Translations under genes and position numbers: made by a program | Origin: the human T2T-CHM13v2.0 reference genome, Homo sapiens | Length of the DNA: 64,000 nucleotides | Reading direction: 5' to 3' (one strand) | Assembly (NCBI RefSeq): GCF_009914755.1 | Contig: NC_060939.1 | Part shown: in pieces, positions 39,377 to 55,671 of the stretch | Numbering within the stretch: the first letter of the stretch is position 1 | Layout of the letters: every line of letters begins with the position of its first letter | Notes under the pieces: model-generated | Seen by the model: only the letters and a program-made list of their open reading frames with translations | What the model was told of the DNA's origin: nothing | Databases searched by the model: none

Positions 39377-41329
39377 TTTTCTTTCCTGATTTACATTATT
39401 GATGGTAACCATTTGGATCGCTAAAGGAAAAAGAAGCAGCACGCTCATGACCCAGATAATGCCATGGTTCTGATTAAACGAAGGTGCAAAACAGACACAG
39501 AGAGAATTAGAGTGCTCCTCAAGCCTCAGGTCCATCAAGTCCAAGCAGGAAGTGGTCCATACTCAGTCCTCATAAGTTCTTTGTTGGTCTTCCAAACGGT
39601 TTTTTTTTTTTTTAATTCTATGGGTAGAATTCGTTCCTTTTAGCCCTATATTAGACAAATCACATTCTAAAACAAAGTAAAAAAGAATCTGACATAAAAC
39701 AGCAGAACAGTTTCTTCTCAAAGAAAATAGGTTTTACTCCATTATGTTTCTTGAGAAGGAAACTTTCTTTCTTGCAAATCTTTGTAAAATTATCTCTCTA
39801 GGGCATGGATCAAGCTAGCATCAATGATCACCTTCATGATCAGCAACATATTTAGAGTATGACTTTGTGCCAGGTGATGTGAAATAAATATATAGAAACA
39901 GTCCCAGCCCTGGTTATCATTTATTCATTCAGTCAGTCATTTTTCAACATCTCACACAGCAGGTCCCCTCTCAACCCTCTTATGATGCCAGTGGGGCCAT
40001 AGTCCAATGAAGCCAACATGTTGCAGATGCTACATCTACAGCAATGCAAATTGCCAAATACTGCAGGAATTCAGGGATGAGAGAGACCACAGTGCACATT
40101 TCCAGGGATGCTTGGACTGAGGCTATGGAACTGGAGAGTAGCCCTGAAGGGCAGGTAGGTCTTAGAAGAAAGGACTGGGAGTCAAGGTGGGGCCTCAGCA
40201 CATCTGGGCTCCACTCTCTCCAAGAGGTTTTCAGCACTCTGGATAGGCTATTTTGTCTCAGACTATACTTTGGAACTAAGTCATCTTTCTCGATACAGGT
40301 TTACACAACCTCTAGGGATTTAAATTTTGGGGGATTTGTAAGTGGGACAGATGGTTGGGTGCAGTGTAATGCATTTGCTTGCCTTTCCTAGAACTTATCT
40401 TGGGGCAAGCCATCGTGGGAAGTTGAATGACCTAGAACACATCTCCAAGCCAATCTTCATCCAAACTTCTGCTCTATATCAGCACAAGGCTCCATGCTGG
40501 CACATAAAAAGCTATCAATGTAGGTTTGTTGTAATGTTTTTGAATGAAATTGTGGGCCAGAGAGAAAGACCTTTCAATGAAGCTGACTTGAAACATATTA
40601 AGACAGCATTTCTTACCCCTCCTCCCCACTTCTGAACTTCTTTACTTCAACTTTTCCAAAGCTTAATCTTGGCATCCAGTTACAGTTAATCCTATGACTG
40701 TATTCCAATGATTCTGAGGGGAAACCTTCAACTATGCATGACTTTTGGAGTGTAGGAATATACTGGTATCAGTAGAGTTAATATTCCTGGTTTAGGTTAC
40801 TTTAAAGCATAAATTGCAATATAATAGTGTCATGACTACCCCAAAAGATCTTCGTAAGCTTGGTGTGAAGGAAGGTGAACAACATGCTTAGAAAAGCTTG
40901 CCCTGAAGGTGCCAGTGTGGCTAGTATGCAGGCCAGTAAGTGACACTAACTGCCTAATTGGAAGACTTCTCAAATGTGGACGTTGTTGAAAAGTTCCATG
41001 TAACATGCCTAGAGAAGGATGCTTTCCTCTACTTTCGTACACTCAAGGAGCATCTATTTACATCCAGGTCCCAGCAAAAAAATAAATTAAAGTACATATT
41101 CATACAGTAGATTTTTGTGATTACTAGAGTACAATTTCATGAGTATTATATTAAGCTAACATCCTAATAAACCATTGGGTATTTATTATTCTCTGCCCGG
41201 TGATTTTATACATAATTAGAAATATGATTCACATTTTATGACACAAGAATGCCAGGCTTAAAGAAGTATGCTTGGAATCACACAACTAATACATTGACCA
41301 ACTAATGAGCAGAAAAATAAGGATCCATT

Positions 41330-41650
41330 TCCTCAACCATTGTTCAAAATATGTTTGTCTAGTACCTATTTTGAGTCAGGCACTGTGCCAGGCACTATAT
41401 AATGATAAAGAAAATAGACAAATTGCCCTTGATCTTAGGGACCATTGAGTAAAGGATATAGTTACGAAGCATTGCAGAAGATTTGAAGAAAAAAGTAATA
41501 AGGCTTATTGGAAAAGGGATCAATTAGCAGAACCCAATTAAACTTGAAGCAAGGGAAAGCATCTTTAAGGCAATGACACAGGTAAGTAGAAATTAGCCAG
41601 AGGAGCAGTGGATGGGGTGGGGAGAGTGTGCTCTTGAGAAACTGCAGAGA
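41330..41650 (-). mobile_element. L2 fragment
   Basis: 'agtacctattttgagtcaggcactgtgccaggcact'. Confidence 0.6.
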
Positions 41651-41759
41651 ATATGTGACTAGACAGGCGATGCAGTGGCAGATGACCTAGAGATGCCACC
41701 AAACCCCCAGGTCTCCTTTGTCCTTTCTACCATGCTTCCATTGAGAAAATAAGCAGATC

Positions 41760-42048
41760 TCAGCAGGACCATGCTGTCTCTGGCATCACTGGAAAGATTC
41801 CGTTCTGCCTTTTCCTAGTTCCTAGTGCTTGTAGTCATTCCATGGAGTTCTTTGGCTTGAGGAACTATCACTCTAGTCTGTGCCTCTGTCATCACATGAA
41901 ATTATCTCTGTGTATCTATCTGTCTGTGTCTATTTTCTCCTGTGAGGACACCAGTCACTGGACTAGGACCCATTCTAATCAAGTATGACATCATCTTAAC
42001 TCATTACATGTGCAAATGTTCTGTATCCAAATGAGACCACATTCTGAG
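41760..42048 (-). mobile_element. MLT1B/C-like MaLR LTR fragment
   Basis: 'aggacaccagtcactggactaggacccattctaatcaagtatgacatcatcttaact'. Confidence 0.75.
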
Positions 42049-45000
42049 AAATATGAAAGCCACAGACCAACATTTCTTCTGAATATGGACACAAAATTCT
42101 CAACAAAGTAGCAAAAAGTGAATAGAATAATATATAAAAAGAGTTATACACCATGACCAAATTGGATTTATCTTAGGAATTCAAGATTGGTTTAATACCC
42201 ACAAATCAATTAATGTAATACATTATACAAAAAGAATAAAAAACAAAAAAAAGATCCTCAATTGACACAGAAAAATCATTTTACAAAATCTGACAGCCTT
42301 TCATTATTTAAAAATACTCTACAAACTAGGAATCAAAAGGAACTTCCTCAACCGGATAAAGTCTGAAAGTCTCCAAGTTAATATCATGCTCAATGATGAA
42401 AGATTGGATATTTTCTTCTAACATCAGGAAAGAGACAATCAAGTATGTTCTCACCACTTCTATTCAACATTGTACTAGAGGTTCTAGCCACAACAGTTCA
42501 GCAAGAAAAAAAAAAAACTAAAGGAAGGAAAGAAGGAAGGACGGAAGGAAGGACGAATGAACAAGCAGATTAGAAAGGAAGAAGTAAAACTATTTATTTG
42601 CAAATGACATAATCTTGTACATAAAAAATCCTAAGACATCCACTAAAAAACTGTGGAACTAAAAAACAAGTTCAGAAAGGTGGAAAAATATAAGATTAAT
42701 ATGCAAATGTCAGTTGTATTTCTATATTCCTTTAATGAACAATCTAAAAATGAAATTAAGAAAGCAATTCCATTTACAATGGCACTTAAAAGAATATTTA
42801 AGAATAAATTAAACAAAATAAGTGAAAAATGTGTACTCTTAAATCTACAAAACAATGTTGAAGAAGATCTAATTGACTGGAAAAATATCTCATATTCATG
42901 AATTATATAACATTATTACTATGGCAATACTCCTTAAATTGATCTATACATTGAATATAATCCCTATTAGAATTCAAGCTGACTGCTGTATATAAATGAC
43001 ACGATGATTCCAAAATTCAAGTGGAATTGCAAGGGACCCAGAATATCCAAAACCATGTTGGAAAAGAAAGACAAAGTAGGAAGACTCACACTTTCCATTT
43101 TAAACATGTGCTACAAAAGCAATGGCAATTAAGACAGTGTTGCACTGGTACGAAGATAGACATAAAAATCAGTGGAAGAGAAGTGAGAGTCCAGACATAA
43201 GCCCACACAGTTATGGTCAACTGATAAGGGTGCCAAGACCATCCAAGGGAGATAGGATTATCTATTCAAAAAATTGTGCTGGAACAAGAGCCATATGCAA
43301 AAGAATGAATTTTGACCCTACCTCACACTAAATATGGCTGAAATTTTTCCAAATTTGACACAAGCTAACAGATTCAAAAAGATGAGTGATTCTCAAACAA
43401 GATAAAACCAAAGAAATTCATATGAGGACACACGCTTCTGCAAATGAAAGACAATGTGCATATATTGGAAGCAGTGAGAGAGAAATGATACCTTATCTAT
43501 TGGGGGAAAAACAATCTGAGTGACAGTGGGCTTCTTATTGGAAGCAGAGAAGCTAGAAAAAAGTGGCAAAATATTTTTCAGTGCTTAAAGAAAAGACATG
43601 TCATCTCCAAATTTTATATTTGCCCAAATTATCTTTTAGGAATACAGGGAAAGTAAAGACATTTCCAGATCAAAAAAACCTAAGAGAATTTGTCACCAGC
43701 AGATCTGTAAAAGAATATCTAAGGGGAATCTTGAAACATAAACAAAATAATAAAGGAGAAAATGTGGACCATCAGGAAGGAAAGAAAAACAACAGAAAAA
43801 GCAAAAATATGACGGAGAAATACAGGCACCATCTTAATCAAGTGACCAAATTTATCAACAGTAAGTGGGTAAACCAACATCCTATACCTCCTGATAAGAT
43901 AATTGGAGACAAATACAGCATTGCATCTGGGGCATTTCTGCCAAATATAAGTGTTGTGAATTAAATAATAAGAAAATATCAAACAAACTCAAACTAAGGA
44001 GCATTTGACAAAATGTCTGACCTCTATTCTTCAAAAATTCCAAGGTCGTAAAAGACAAGGGAAGAGAAAGGCTAATGAAGGCTAAAGAAATAGTCAAGAC
44101 TCATGAGATCTACGAAGAGATTGTGGCAATTCTATCACTGACATGATACTGCCACGTAATCTAATTTATGATTGTCACGCATATAATTGAGTTTTTGTAT
44201 GAGAGTGTATACTTATTTTTAGGAACTCTGCACTAAAAAAAAAGGGATATTTGGGCATATCTGCAATTTACTCTCAAATAATTTTAGATAGATTAGATAG
44301 ATATCTACCTAGATGTAGATATCTTTACTGATACACATATATGTGTGTATGTTTGGGAAGAGAGAGAGACACAAAAAAACATGAAGGAATTATGGTAAAT
44401 ATGGTAATATTTAAGTATATAGGTATTAAGAAAATGAGTTAAGTTATATAATAGTTATCTATACTAATCTTGCAACTTTTCTGTAAGTTTGAAATTATTT
44501 CAAAATAAAAACTTAAAGACAAAAAAGTAGAGAAAAGATCAGAACAGATCCCTTACCAAAGAAGATATACAGGTGGCAAGTAAGCATTTGAAAAGATGCT
44601 CAACACCATTTATCACAGTAGAAATGCAAGTTAAAACAAGAACAAAATACCACTACACACCCATTAGAATGCCTGAAATAAAAAAGAAAAAATCTGACCA
44701 GTTGTTACCTAGGATATAGAACAATAATAGAATTCATTATTGGTGGGAATGCAAAATTATATAGCTACTTTGGAAGACAGTTTGGCAGTTTCTTCCAAGG
44801 CTAAACATAGTCTTACCATGTGATCTAACAATGACAGGTATTTACCCAACTGATTTAAAAACTTATGTTGACACAAAAATCCCATACATTAATATTTATA
44901 GCAGCTTTATCTATAATCACCAAAGATTGGAAGCAACCAAGATATCCTTTCAATGGGTGAAGGATAAATAAACTAATAGAATATTATTCACTGATAAAGA

Positions 45001-46650
45001 GGAATAAGCTATTAATCCATGCAATAACATGTATGAGTATTAAATGTGTATTGCTAAATGAAAGAAGCCAGTCTGAAAAGGCCACATACTGTATGATTCA
45101 TTCATATGACATTCTAGAAATGGCAAAACTACAGAAACAGAAAAGAGATGGGTGGTTCCTGGGGATTTAGGGAGAGAAGAGTTTTGATTATGTGAAGTAC
45201 AGGAGATTTTATAGAGAGATGAGACTACTTGGTACAGTAATGCAGTAGTAGATAACATTATGCATTCATCAAAACCCTTAGAACTTTACAGCACAAAGAG
45301 TGAAGCTTAATGTTTACAATTTTTTTAAGATTTTGGATAACATCTTAAAAAAAAGGGGGACCTGCATGGACTACAAACTGATAAAATAATCCAACAGTAC
45401 CAGAAATGCATGTCATAACCTCACTGAAGAGGGTGAGGAAAAGTGATACTAATGTAAGTAACTTTGGAAAGGACCGGTCCGTAAGACTGAAAACAAAAGG
45501 AACTGTACAGTAGATTGTGCTAGTTGGTATGGATTTACAATATTGAAACTGCCATAAGTACATGTGTACTGGGGTTGAACAAATAAGTAACTGAATGGTG
45601 GATGGTGAGCATCAAGTTTCTCACTGTTGGAGTGAAAGGTTACAGACATGCAAGGTGAAAGGATAGAATGAGGCGTGTGGTACTGGGTTAGACTGAGACA
45701 TCAGCATGAACTCATGTTAAGCTTAATATTGACCCAGATGGTTACATATAGAAATGTGTGTGTGTTTGTGTGTGTGTGTGTACATGGGTTAGTTAGTATG
45801 CACACACGTCATCTAGCTATGTTCATTGAGAAGGTCTAGAAGCAAGGACATCCCAGTACTGATGAGTGCACCAGTATGCAGATCTCAGTTTTTTGTATTA
45901 CTCTCCACAAAAAGGAATAAGGACTCATTCTAGGACTGGGACAGGGAATATACAATATAAGCCTGGAGGACTTTGTAGTGCCAGGAAATAGAGAAGTACC
46001 CAAAACACAAAAGGATTGGGACATGTCAAAGGGACACTAGAGTCCACTGAAAGACTCCCAGTGGCTGAAGGTTGGACAATTTGGACCAAATAAGTAATGT
46101 AGTATTGGATTATAATCCAAAGTATAAGTTAAAAATGTATGAGCCCATACGGAGATAAATAAACTATTGAATAAATAAATAGGGGAGAAAAACAAATCTT
46201 ACATAGAGAGAATTTCATATAATTTATGCAGGTATTTCCCCATCAAGATGGTGGAACAGAACTCCCCAACTCTTTAGCATGGGCGGTGCGTAGTGACTGC
46301 TTCCAAAGAAGAGAATATGGGAAGGAGGAAAGTAACTTAGCAGTGGAGAAATCTGGCCAATCTCAGTTATGTGATCAAGGTTAACATGGCATATTACTAG
46401 TCTGCAGTCTTGGTATATGATGAAAATGGCACTTCACCTCTTTGGTCTTCCTCCAAAAACCCATACTGTCATCCTGTTGTAAGAAAATCATCAGACAAAT
46501 CTAAACTGAAGGACATTCTGCAAAATGTTAACCCAGTACGCCTCAAAATTTTCAGAGTCATTGATAATAAGGAAAGGGAGTCACAGTCTACAGAAGCCTA
46601 AGGAGATATGATTACTAATGTAATGTGGTATCCTGGATGGGATTCTGCAG
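42049..46650 (+). mobile_element. Block of old L1M fragments (ORF2 at 42049-43330, then L1MC/MD/ME pieces and a long L1MC-type 3' UTR)
   Basis: RT-region motifs 'ctcaccacttctattcaacattgtactagaggttctagcc' and 'tatttgcaaatgacataat'; ORFs 42653-42901 and 43122-43331 are ORF2-like and 43563-43964 is ORF1-like. Confidence 0.8.
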
Positions 46651-47264
46651 CAGAAGAATGTAATTAATTTTTGTTTTTGCTGCAGTGTGTATAATTATAT
46701 TGAAAATGCTATAATAGCATATAGTAAATGAAGGAAACTGGAAATAAAAAATATTCTCAATGAAGACCAGCTGCATTACTCAACTTTAAGGCCTCTGTGC
46801 AAAACCTTAAGATGTTCCTTAACAAATCTACCAAGATGGAAAAGGCTATATAATTACAACAAACTGTTAAGTAACATTTAAGTTGCAAACTGTTGCTGAC
46901 TAGACACATCATGTAACTTCGTTTTTCAGAAAAATTTCACTGGAACAAGAGAAAAAAGGTTTTTTTCTCTTTTTTAAGTGATACAGGTGGGTACTAGGAC
47001 GAAGGGTGTAGGACAAGAGACAACACTAATATAATTGCAAAAGAAAAAATGGAAACTTATTTGTAGAACTAAGAAAACTGAATCCTGAGCCTGCAGCGAT
47101 GACAGCCAAGAAGAAAACCTTGTGTCAGCTCAGAATTTCCAGAAATCTCAGGAATTAGAAGCACCCAGATGGCTTTGGAAATGGAAGCAGATTATGAATA
47201 GGATTAGTTAAAGGTTATTTGAGAAACTGTTACATTATCAGATATCCCTCTCCTCCACCAAAAT

Positions 47265-47286
47265 CACACACACACACACACACATG

Positions 47287-47345
<59 letters not shown>
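47265..47345 (+). repeat. Compound microsatellite, (CA)10 then about (GA)28
   Basis: Read directly from the sequence. Confidence 0.97.
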
Positions 47346-47347
<2 letters not shown>

Positions 47348-48009
47348 GCATGATCCCGGCAGAACTCCTGCAGTTTTATCCTCTCCGGAGAGTAACATAG
47401 AGGTTACTTGACACAGGCACTTGGAAAAGCTGAGGTGCAGCGAGAAGATGGGTATAATTTTAAACACAGGGATATTAAGTGAAAATTTATGTACTGAATG
47501 TGAATCCCCCAGTCCTCTTCCCCTACTTGATACGCAGAAATCTACAAGGTACTCTAACAGCTCCAAGAAGGAGATGGGAAGGGACTTCTGCAGAAATCCT
47601 TAACAGACTGAGAAGAAGAACCTACAATAAGATCAGGGGCTCCCTGATGGCACTGTCCACCCCGTTTGCAATGTGTGAAGCTCACCACTGAGCATTCCAC
47701 GTGCTGATCTCCCACTCATTATCTTGGGGGCCCATCCTTAAATCAGAACACACAGAAAGAATGACTAGATTATCTTAGGGAAGCCTCTTCTATCAAAGTT
47801 AATGAGCAAAACCTACCAATGTGGAAAAGGATACTTAAAGAAAGGAGAGCGTATGCAGGGAAATAAAACTTTAGTAATTATAAAGCTATCATTACAGCAT
47901 ATCCATACTATACTATTATAGTATTCCTATAAAGAAAATGAAGGGGAAGATACTGCATCCAGGAAATAAGAACAGGATGTTGTTTAAACAATTATTAATT
48001 AAAAAAAGG

Positions 48010-49132
<1,123 letters not shown>

Positions 49133-49582
49133 TCAGTAAATATGTTGGAAGATAAGATTAGAAAAGTTCCCAAACATAGAACAAAAAGTCAAATATGTGA
49201 GTAATAAGAAAGAAAAGATATAAAAAATAGAGAATCAGCTCAGGAGATCCAATACTCAAAACTCAAAAAAGACTTTCAGAAAGAGCACAACACATTAAGA
49301 GAGTAAAAAATGATCTTTAAAATCTTCAAGGAAGTTTTCCAAAATTGAAGGACATAAATTTCAAATTTAAAAAGTGGATAGAGTAGCCAACACAATACAT
49401 TTTTTAAATAAAATCAAGCCTAACATTGTGAAATATCACAATTCTGAGAACAAGTATATCTGAAGGTTTAAAGGAAGAAAAACTGTCAGATATGAAAGAT
49501 TGAGATTCAAATGTCTTTGTATTTCTCAGTAGCAAAATTGTAAGCTGGAAGCAATGAAACAAAACTTTTAAAGTTCTGATGA

Positions 49583-49885
<303 letters not shown>

Positions 49886-50463
49886 AATTATTTCCAATCT
49901 TAAACCTAGAAAAAAGTTCTATTAAATGGGAGGATTGTATAGACGTGCCTCTCTTCTACCTTTTCTCAGGAAGCTGCCTGACGAGGAGCTGTACGGAAAT
50001 AAGAGTAATTCAGTGATGGGGTCCAAGCATCCTGAATATAAGCGGTCCATGTCAAGAAAGAGCCAAAGGGCGTCCTCAGGACATGGAAGAGGGGCATTCC
50101 AGGCTGGCAGCTGGGGAGGCCCAGAGAGCCCTGGAGAAGATCTGAAGTCCATTGCAGAGCTTTCTTTAAGACTACTGAATTGTACAGAAGAAGCAGAAAT
50201 GAAAAAAAATTAAAAATATAGAAATGATGTATTTTAATGAGATTTAAACATCTAGGGGAGAGTTTGGGGTGGGAATGCTGATAAGTTCATAGAAAAGTAA
50301 GCAAATGAAAACAAGACAAAAATAATAAAAGCAAAAAGGAAAAGTAATTGCACTGTGCTAGTAGATTCAGCTCTGAATAATATTTCATAATAGTAATATG
50401 TAAACAGTAAATACTGATTTAAACTAAAATGTTATAATTATACTGAGAGTATTGAAGATGAGG

Positions 50464-50469
<6 letters not shown>

Positions 50470-50503
<34 letters not shown>
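50470..50503 (+). repeat. (TG)17 microsatellite
   Basis: Read directly from the sequence. Confidence 0.97.
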
Positions 50504-50504
<1 letters not shown>

Positions 50505-50924
50505 TGTATTGAAAGCAACAGGAACAAGAGATAAAATCTCTTCTCATAATGTCAAAAACTGAAAAAATGAAGAAGTGGCAATATGATTATCTATCTAGAA
50601 ATATAAAAATAGAAACCAAAACAAACACTTCAAAATGTCAAAGGCTCTGTTGAAGAGGATTTGGGAAGGTGTTGGAGAGTACTTTTTCAATAATAAACTT
50701 TGAAAAATTGATTCTTTTAAAGTATTGAGATGCATTACATGAAGGAAGGTGAAAACTAAAATAGAAAGACTTCTAATGCCTTGCAGTGTTCCTTAGATAA
50801 TGCTCCTGAGTGAGGTCCCATCACTCTGCAATTGCACAGCCCTCCAAAAGAAAAGGGACTGCTTTCCCAGAAGCAGTCCATCTGGAGCCCAGGCGAGGGC
50901 ACTAAGGCTTTTTCTCTCCCTCAT

Positions 50925-51223
50925 TTTTTTTTTTTTTTTTGAGACACAGTCTTTGCTCTGTCGCCCAGGCTGGAGTGCAGTGGTGCAATCTTGGCCCACT
51001 GTAACTTCTGCCTCCCGGGTTCTAAGTGATTCTCCTGCCTCAGCCTTCAGAGTAGCCGGGATTACAGGTGCATGCCACCACGTCCAGCTAATTTTGTATT
51101 TTTAGTAGAGACAGGGTTTCACCATGTTGGCCAGGCTGGTCTCATATTCCTGGCCTCAGGTGACCCACTCACCTTGGCCTCCCAAAGTGCTGGGATTACA
51201 GGTGTAAACCACTGCACCCAGCC
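50925..51223 (-). mobile_element. AluS
   Basis: Full Alu with a T tail and a degenerate TSD ttttctctc. Confidence 0.92.
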
Positions 51224-51989
51224 TTTTCTCTCTCTTTCACGCCACACCAAATCCTGACTCCTAGAAGGATACCCAGTGTATGGTTAACATATTGGTGGTT
51301 GCAACAGACAAATCCTTTACTCCATTATGAAGGCAATCACCTTTTCTCCCAAGCTAGTGCCTTCCTTTATATACACCATCATATTCATTTTCACTATAAT
51401 TTATTAAGGGATATTTTTAATGCACAATCATATATCATCATGGAATAGTGGAAGGTGTAACTAGAAATCAGAATATGAACTTCTATAATGGCTTACTGTG
51501 GTTGTCAGTCAGAAGGGTTAAGCTTATACTGCTCTAACAAAGTGCTCTAACAAACTATTTCACAATCTCATTGCTTTAATACATAAACATCTATTTTTCT
51601 CTCAAAGTATCCTCTAAAGGAACAGGGAAATTGGAGAATCACGAAAGATTGTTTCACTACTTCAGTTCAAAATTGTCTCTTTTGCAAAATTAAGGGATTA
51701 AACTAGCCAGTCACTGGTTTGCAAAAACATCCAGCTCTTTCTATCAACCTCTCTTCTCCTCTTACAGACTCTGGGATATGTCAGAGATGATGATGTTGAT
51801 GACGATGGGCATTGTCACAAAGAATATAACAACTATAACAATCTGTTTGGCTCTTACTAGATGCCAGGTGCTGTTATGAGCCTTAGATACATTTGATCAC
51901 AAGAGCATCATGATCAGACGAATACTGTTAGGAAATAAAAAAGCAAAGGCTCTGATCCTTTTCCAGAACCTGCTCGACATAAATTTTCA

Positions 51990-53195
51990 TTTTGCATTTC
52001 AGTTAATGACAACTCCATATTTCCAGCTGCTCAAACCAAAATCTCAATTCAATGTTTCTCTTGCCCCACATCTCATCCAGCAAGAAGTGAGGTGCTGCTG
52101 GCTCTAAATCAAAATACCTAAAATACCCAGCTCTCTGTGATCACCTCCTTCACTGCCACCTTAACCTGAACTGCCCTCATCTTTTGCCCGGGTTGCTGCA
52201 GTCCCCTAACTGGTCAACCAACATTTACCCTTGCCACCATACAGTCCATTCTCAATGCAGCAACCAATGTGATACCTAAAAACCTACATCAGATCTGACC
52301 ATTCCTCTGCTGATAACCTCTGGGTTTACAATGACCTGTAGGGCCCTAAGTTATTTGGCCTTAGGTGGTCCTGTCTCTCATCCTGCCTCTTGGGCCTCGT
52401 CTCCTGCACCTTATCCTCTAGTCAAGTTGATCTTTGTCATGGTCCTGGAGCACACAGTCTCTCTTAAGCCTAAGGACTTTCTCTTCCTTGAATGCACTTT
52501 ATCCAGATGTTTGGCAGTCAACTTCTGTTACAAACTGAATGTTTTTATCCCCCCAAATTCATATGTTGAAGCCCTAATCCATGATAGGACTCATGATGAG
52601 AGATTGGTGCCCTTATTAGAAGAAGACAGATCTCTCTCCACATGAAGAAACCCCATGTGGGCACACAGTGACCTGGTGACCATCTGCAAGCCAAAGAGTG
52701 GGTCCTCACCAAGAACCAAATAAGTCGTCATATTGATCTTGGACTTTCCAGCCTCCAGAACTGTAAGAAACATATGTCTGTTATTTAAGCCACCCAGCCT
52801 ATGGTATTTCGTTATAGCGGCCCAAATCAATGAAGACAAGTTCTTTACCCCCTCAAGTCTTTGCTCAAATGTTGCCTTTTCAATGAGACTCATCTTAATC
52901 TCTCTATTTAATTTTGCATTTTGAGGCTCATCTTAATCTCTCTATTTAATTTTGCATTTTGATCTCCATCAATCTTCCCATTGTCTCCTGCATTTCTTTT
53001 TCCTTTCTTCCTGCTGAATTTTACTCATAGCACTTTGCACCTTCTTTCAAGGTAGAGACATTACTTATTTATTATAACACTGTTTATGCTCCCACACTAG
53101 AATGCAAGCTCCAGAAGTGACTGGATATTGGTCTGTTTGCTCACAATTAGTCACCACACTTCCAGAAATGAGCCTAGCACTTAATAAGTGCTCGA
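51990..53195 (+). mobile_element. L2 3' region, interrupted by MLT1A
   Basis: 'ttccagctgctcaaaccaaaa', 'cagtccattctcaatgcagcaacca', 'ctagaatgcaagctcc'. Confidence 0.75.
52526..52838 (+). mobile_element. MLT1A-like MaLR LTR
   Basis: TG...CA termini; 'ccccccaaattcatatgttgaagccctaa'; TSD ACTTC/AGTTC. Confidence 0.85.
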
Positions 53196-53199
53196 TACC

Positions 53200-54225
53200 A
53201 GCACCTATATTGAAGTTTTTAATACCATTCTCCAACAGAAGAAACTGGGGCTCCTTAGAGAAGTGGTTGATTCCAGGACTGGGACAGCAAAAATACAAGA
53301 TGAGCTTTGGAAGACCTTGTGGTTCCATAAAGGAAGGAAGTGCTCAAAAAATGATGGTGGCATGTGGAAAGGACTGAGGGGCCAACTTGCAAACGTTCCC
53401 AATGGCCAAAGTTGAAACACTCTGATCAAGAAAACAAATAACCATAGCAGGCCATAAGATAAAATAAGAAATATGCTTAATACTGATATACAAAAAAGAT
53501 TGGATAAATAAGAAGAGATAGCTTTTCCTTACAGAAGAATTCCAGTTAACAAATGTAGAAAGAGTGAGGAAGACACAAAAGTATCATTAAGCAAACACAA
53601 CAGTGAAATTGTAAGCAAGATCCACTAACAGATGCCAAAATCTATGGAAAAAAAGGAAAAACTAGATATTTGCATAGTTTCAAAGTATCTCTCCCAAAAT
53701 ATTTATTAATTACAAAGAGAAAAATAGTAATGTTATAGTGAAGAAACCTAGCAGACACCATCCTAGCCAAGTGAGCAAGATATAATCAGACATAGATTAT
53801 CTGATATGATGCACGGAGAAAAGCACAACACAGTTGTCATATTCTTGAACAAACCAAAAGGGGCAACCTCAATCCAGCCACGAGAAAACATAAATAAACC
53901 CAAATTGTCAAATTGTCATCAGTCATGAGAGACCAGGGAAGACTGAGGAGCCGTTCCAGATGGGAGGAGACAAGAAGACAAGACAACTAAAGGCAGTATG
54001 AGGCCCTGGTTGGACCCTGGGACAGAAGAACATTATGCAACGCTGGCAAGGTGTGAATAAAGTATGGAGTTTAGTAATTCGTGATGTACTCTGTTAGTTT
54101 TGCTAGATTTACCATGGTCATGTACGATAACATTTGGGAGAGCTGAGCAAAGGTATACAGGAACTTGCTGTACTATCTTTGCAACTTTCTGTAAATCTAA
54201 AGCTATTTCAAAAAAAAATTTTTAA
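53200..54225 (+). mobile_element. L1MC4-like 3' UTR
   Basis: 'taccattctccaacagaagaaactggggctccttagagaa'; ends 'tctttgcaactttctgtaaatctaaagctatttcaaaa'. Confidence 0.75.
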
Positions 54226-55671
54226 ATAGGTACATAATAAGCATGTGTTAATGAATGTTCTCATTTATAAAATTTAAAAGTTGAATTTTAGATCTCTCAA
54301 ATGTTTGATAAATCCATGAAAAAATTACAACATATTATTTTATCAAAAAGAATATTAGGAGAATCAATCAGTCTGCAGAAAATCAGTAAGCACTGTCAGT
54401 ATAAAATACAGTCAGTAATTGACAGTCTATCAAAATAATTTTACATAGTAGACAGCATTTCTGATTGATTAGTCTAAGATGAGCAGCTACTTTGACAGTA
54501 AAAAGACAAATAAATTGAATAAATCCATAGCTAGCCAAAAGGTTAACAGAATACACATGCTTGGGTAGTGAAATAACATACATTATGAATATAGGAACAT
54601 TTTGAAAATCATATTATCATCTCAGAGCTAGAAAAGTGTAGCTTGGTGGCTCTGGAAGTACTTAATTGCTTAATGATAGCATTCTACAAAAACCACATAG
54701 TTTTCACTTGTAAAACAAGCTGGTCTAGATATGTTGAGAAAGAGGAGAGATGGCATGTACTGAAAGTTGCAGTGTTTTGGATTTGAGTCAGGATGTGGAA
54801 TGGGAAGAGTTTCTTCTATATTTTCTACATACAGCAAGAGTCAGCTTGGGAAGATGGCATGGTGGGTGTTCATTTGGTTCTGACAAGCCTCAACTGTTTT
54901 TGAATACTCCAGATTGCCAGTAACACATCTGCTAACTGTTTGCTTCTTTGGGGACTTAGTGTTGAACAATCTATTAAGTTGCAAATGTTTCATTTTTAAC
55001 CTTAAGATGTTAAAACCATTGAAATTCCCAATTCTACTTTACTTTTTCTCAAAATATTTGATAATTTGAATTTTCACAAAGTTTCAGCACACTTACCATT
55101 CTAAGTAGGCCTTTCTATTTGTATAATCCTTTACATTTGTTAGAATTTATAGCCTAGTAGACATAAATTCAGTAACATATGGGGGAAATTTGTTAGGAGA
55201 GGCCAAGAGATAACTTAAAGACATCGCAGGAAAAAAATCCTTCATGTCTGTACACAGTGAATCTGGATCCTCAAATTCCTGAGGATTCTTGACCTACACT
55301 ACCTAACTTAAAACGACTTTCCTCATTCAAGTGATTAAAGTTAGTAAAGAAGAATTTTGAAATTTTACCTCTTGTGCTATATAATATTGAAACAGGTAAT
55401 CTTGACAAATACAGCACAATCTTTCACAACATAAAACTAAATATAACCCTTTATTTCTTCTTCATTTTACAGACGCTCACAGACATTGGGGTTTCACTAC
55501 GAGACATATGTATACATAATATTAACAATTCTAAAATATATTTATTTATTACTTATGTGCACCAAAGTAGCTACTCGATATACATAATCTTATTATCCTC
55601 ACAACATTGTTTAGATAAAGAAACTGGGGTTGTAAAGGTTCAGTACCCAGCGCAAGGTAGCAATCCTAGAT

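Noticed and set aside
41579-41587. Perfect donor CAG|GTAAGT
   Set aside because: Isolated site within L2 with no convincing acceptor
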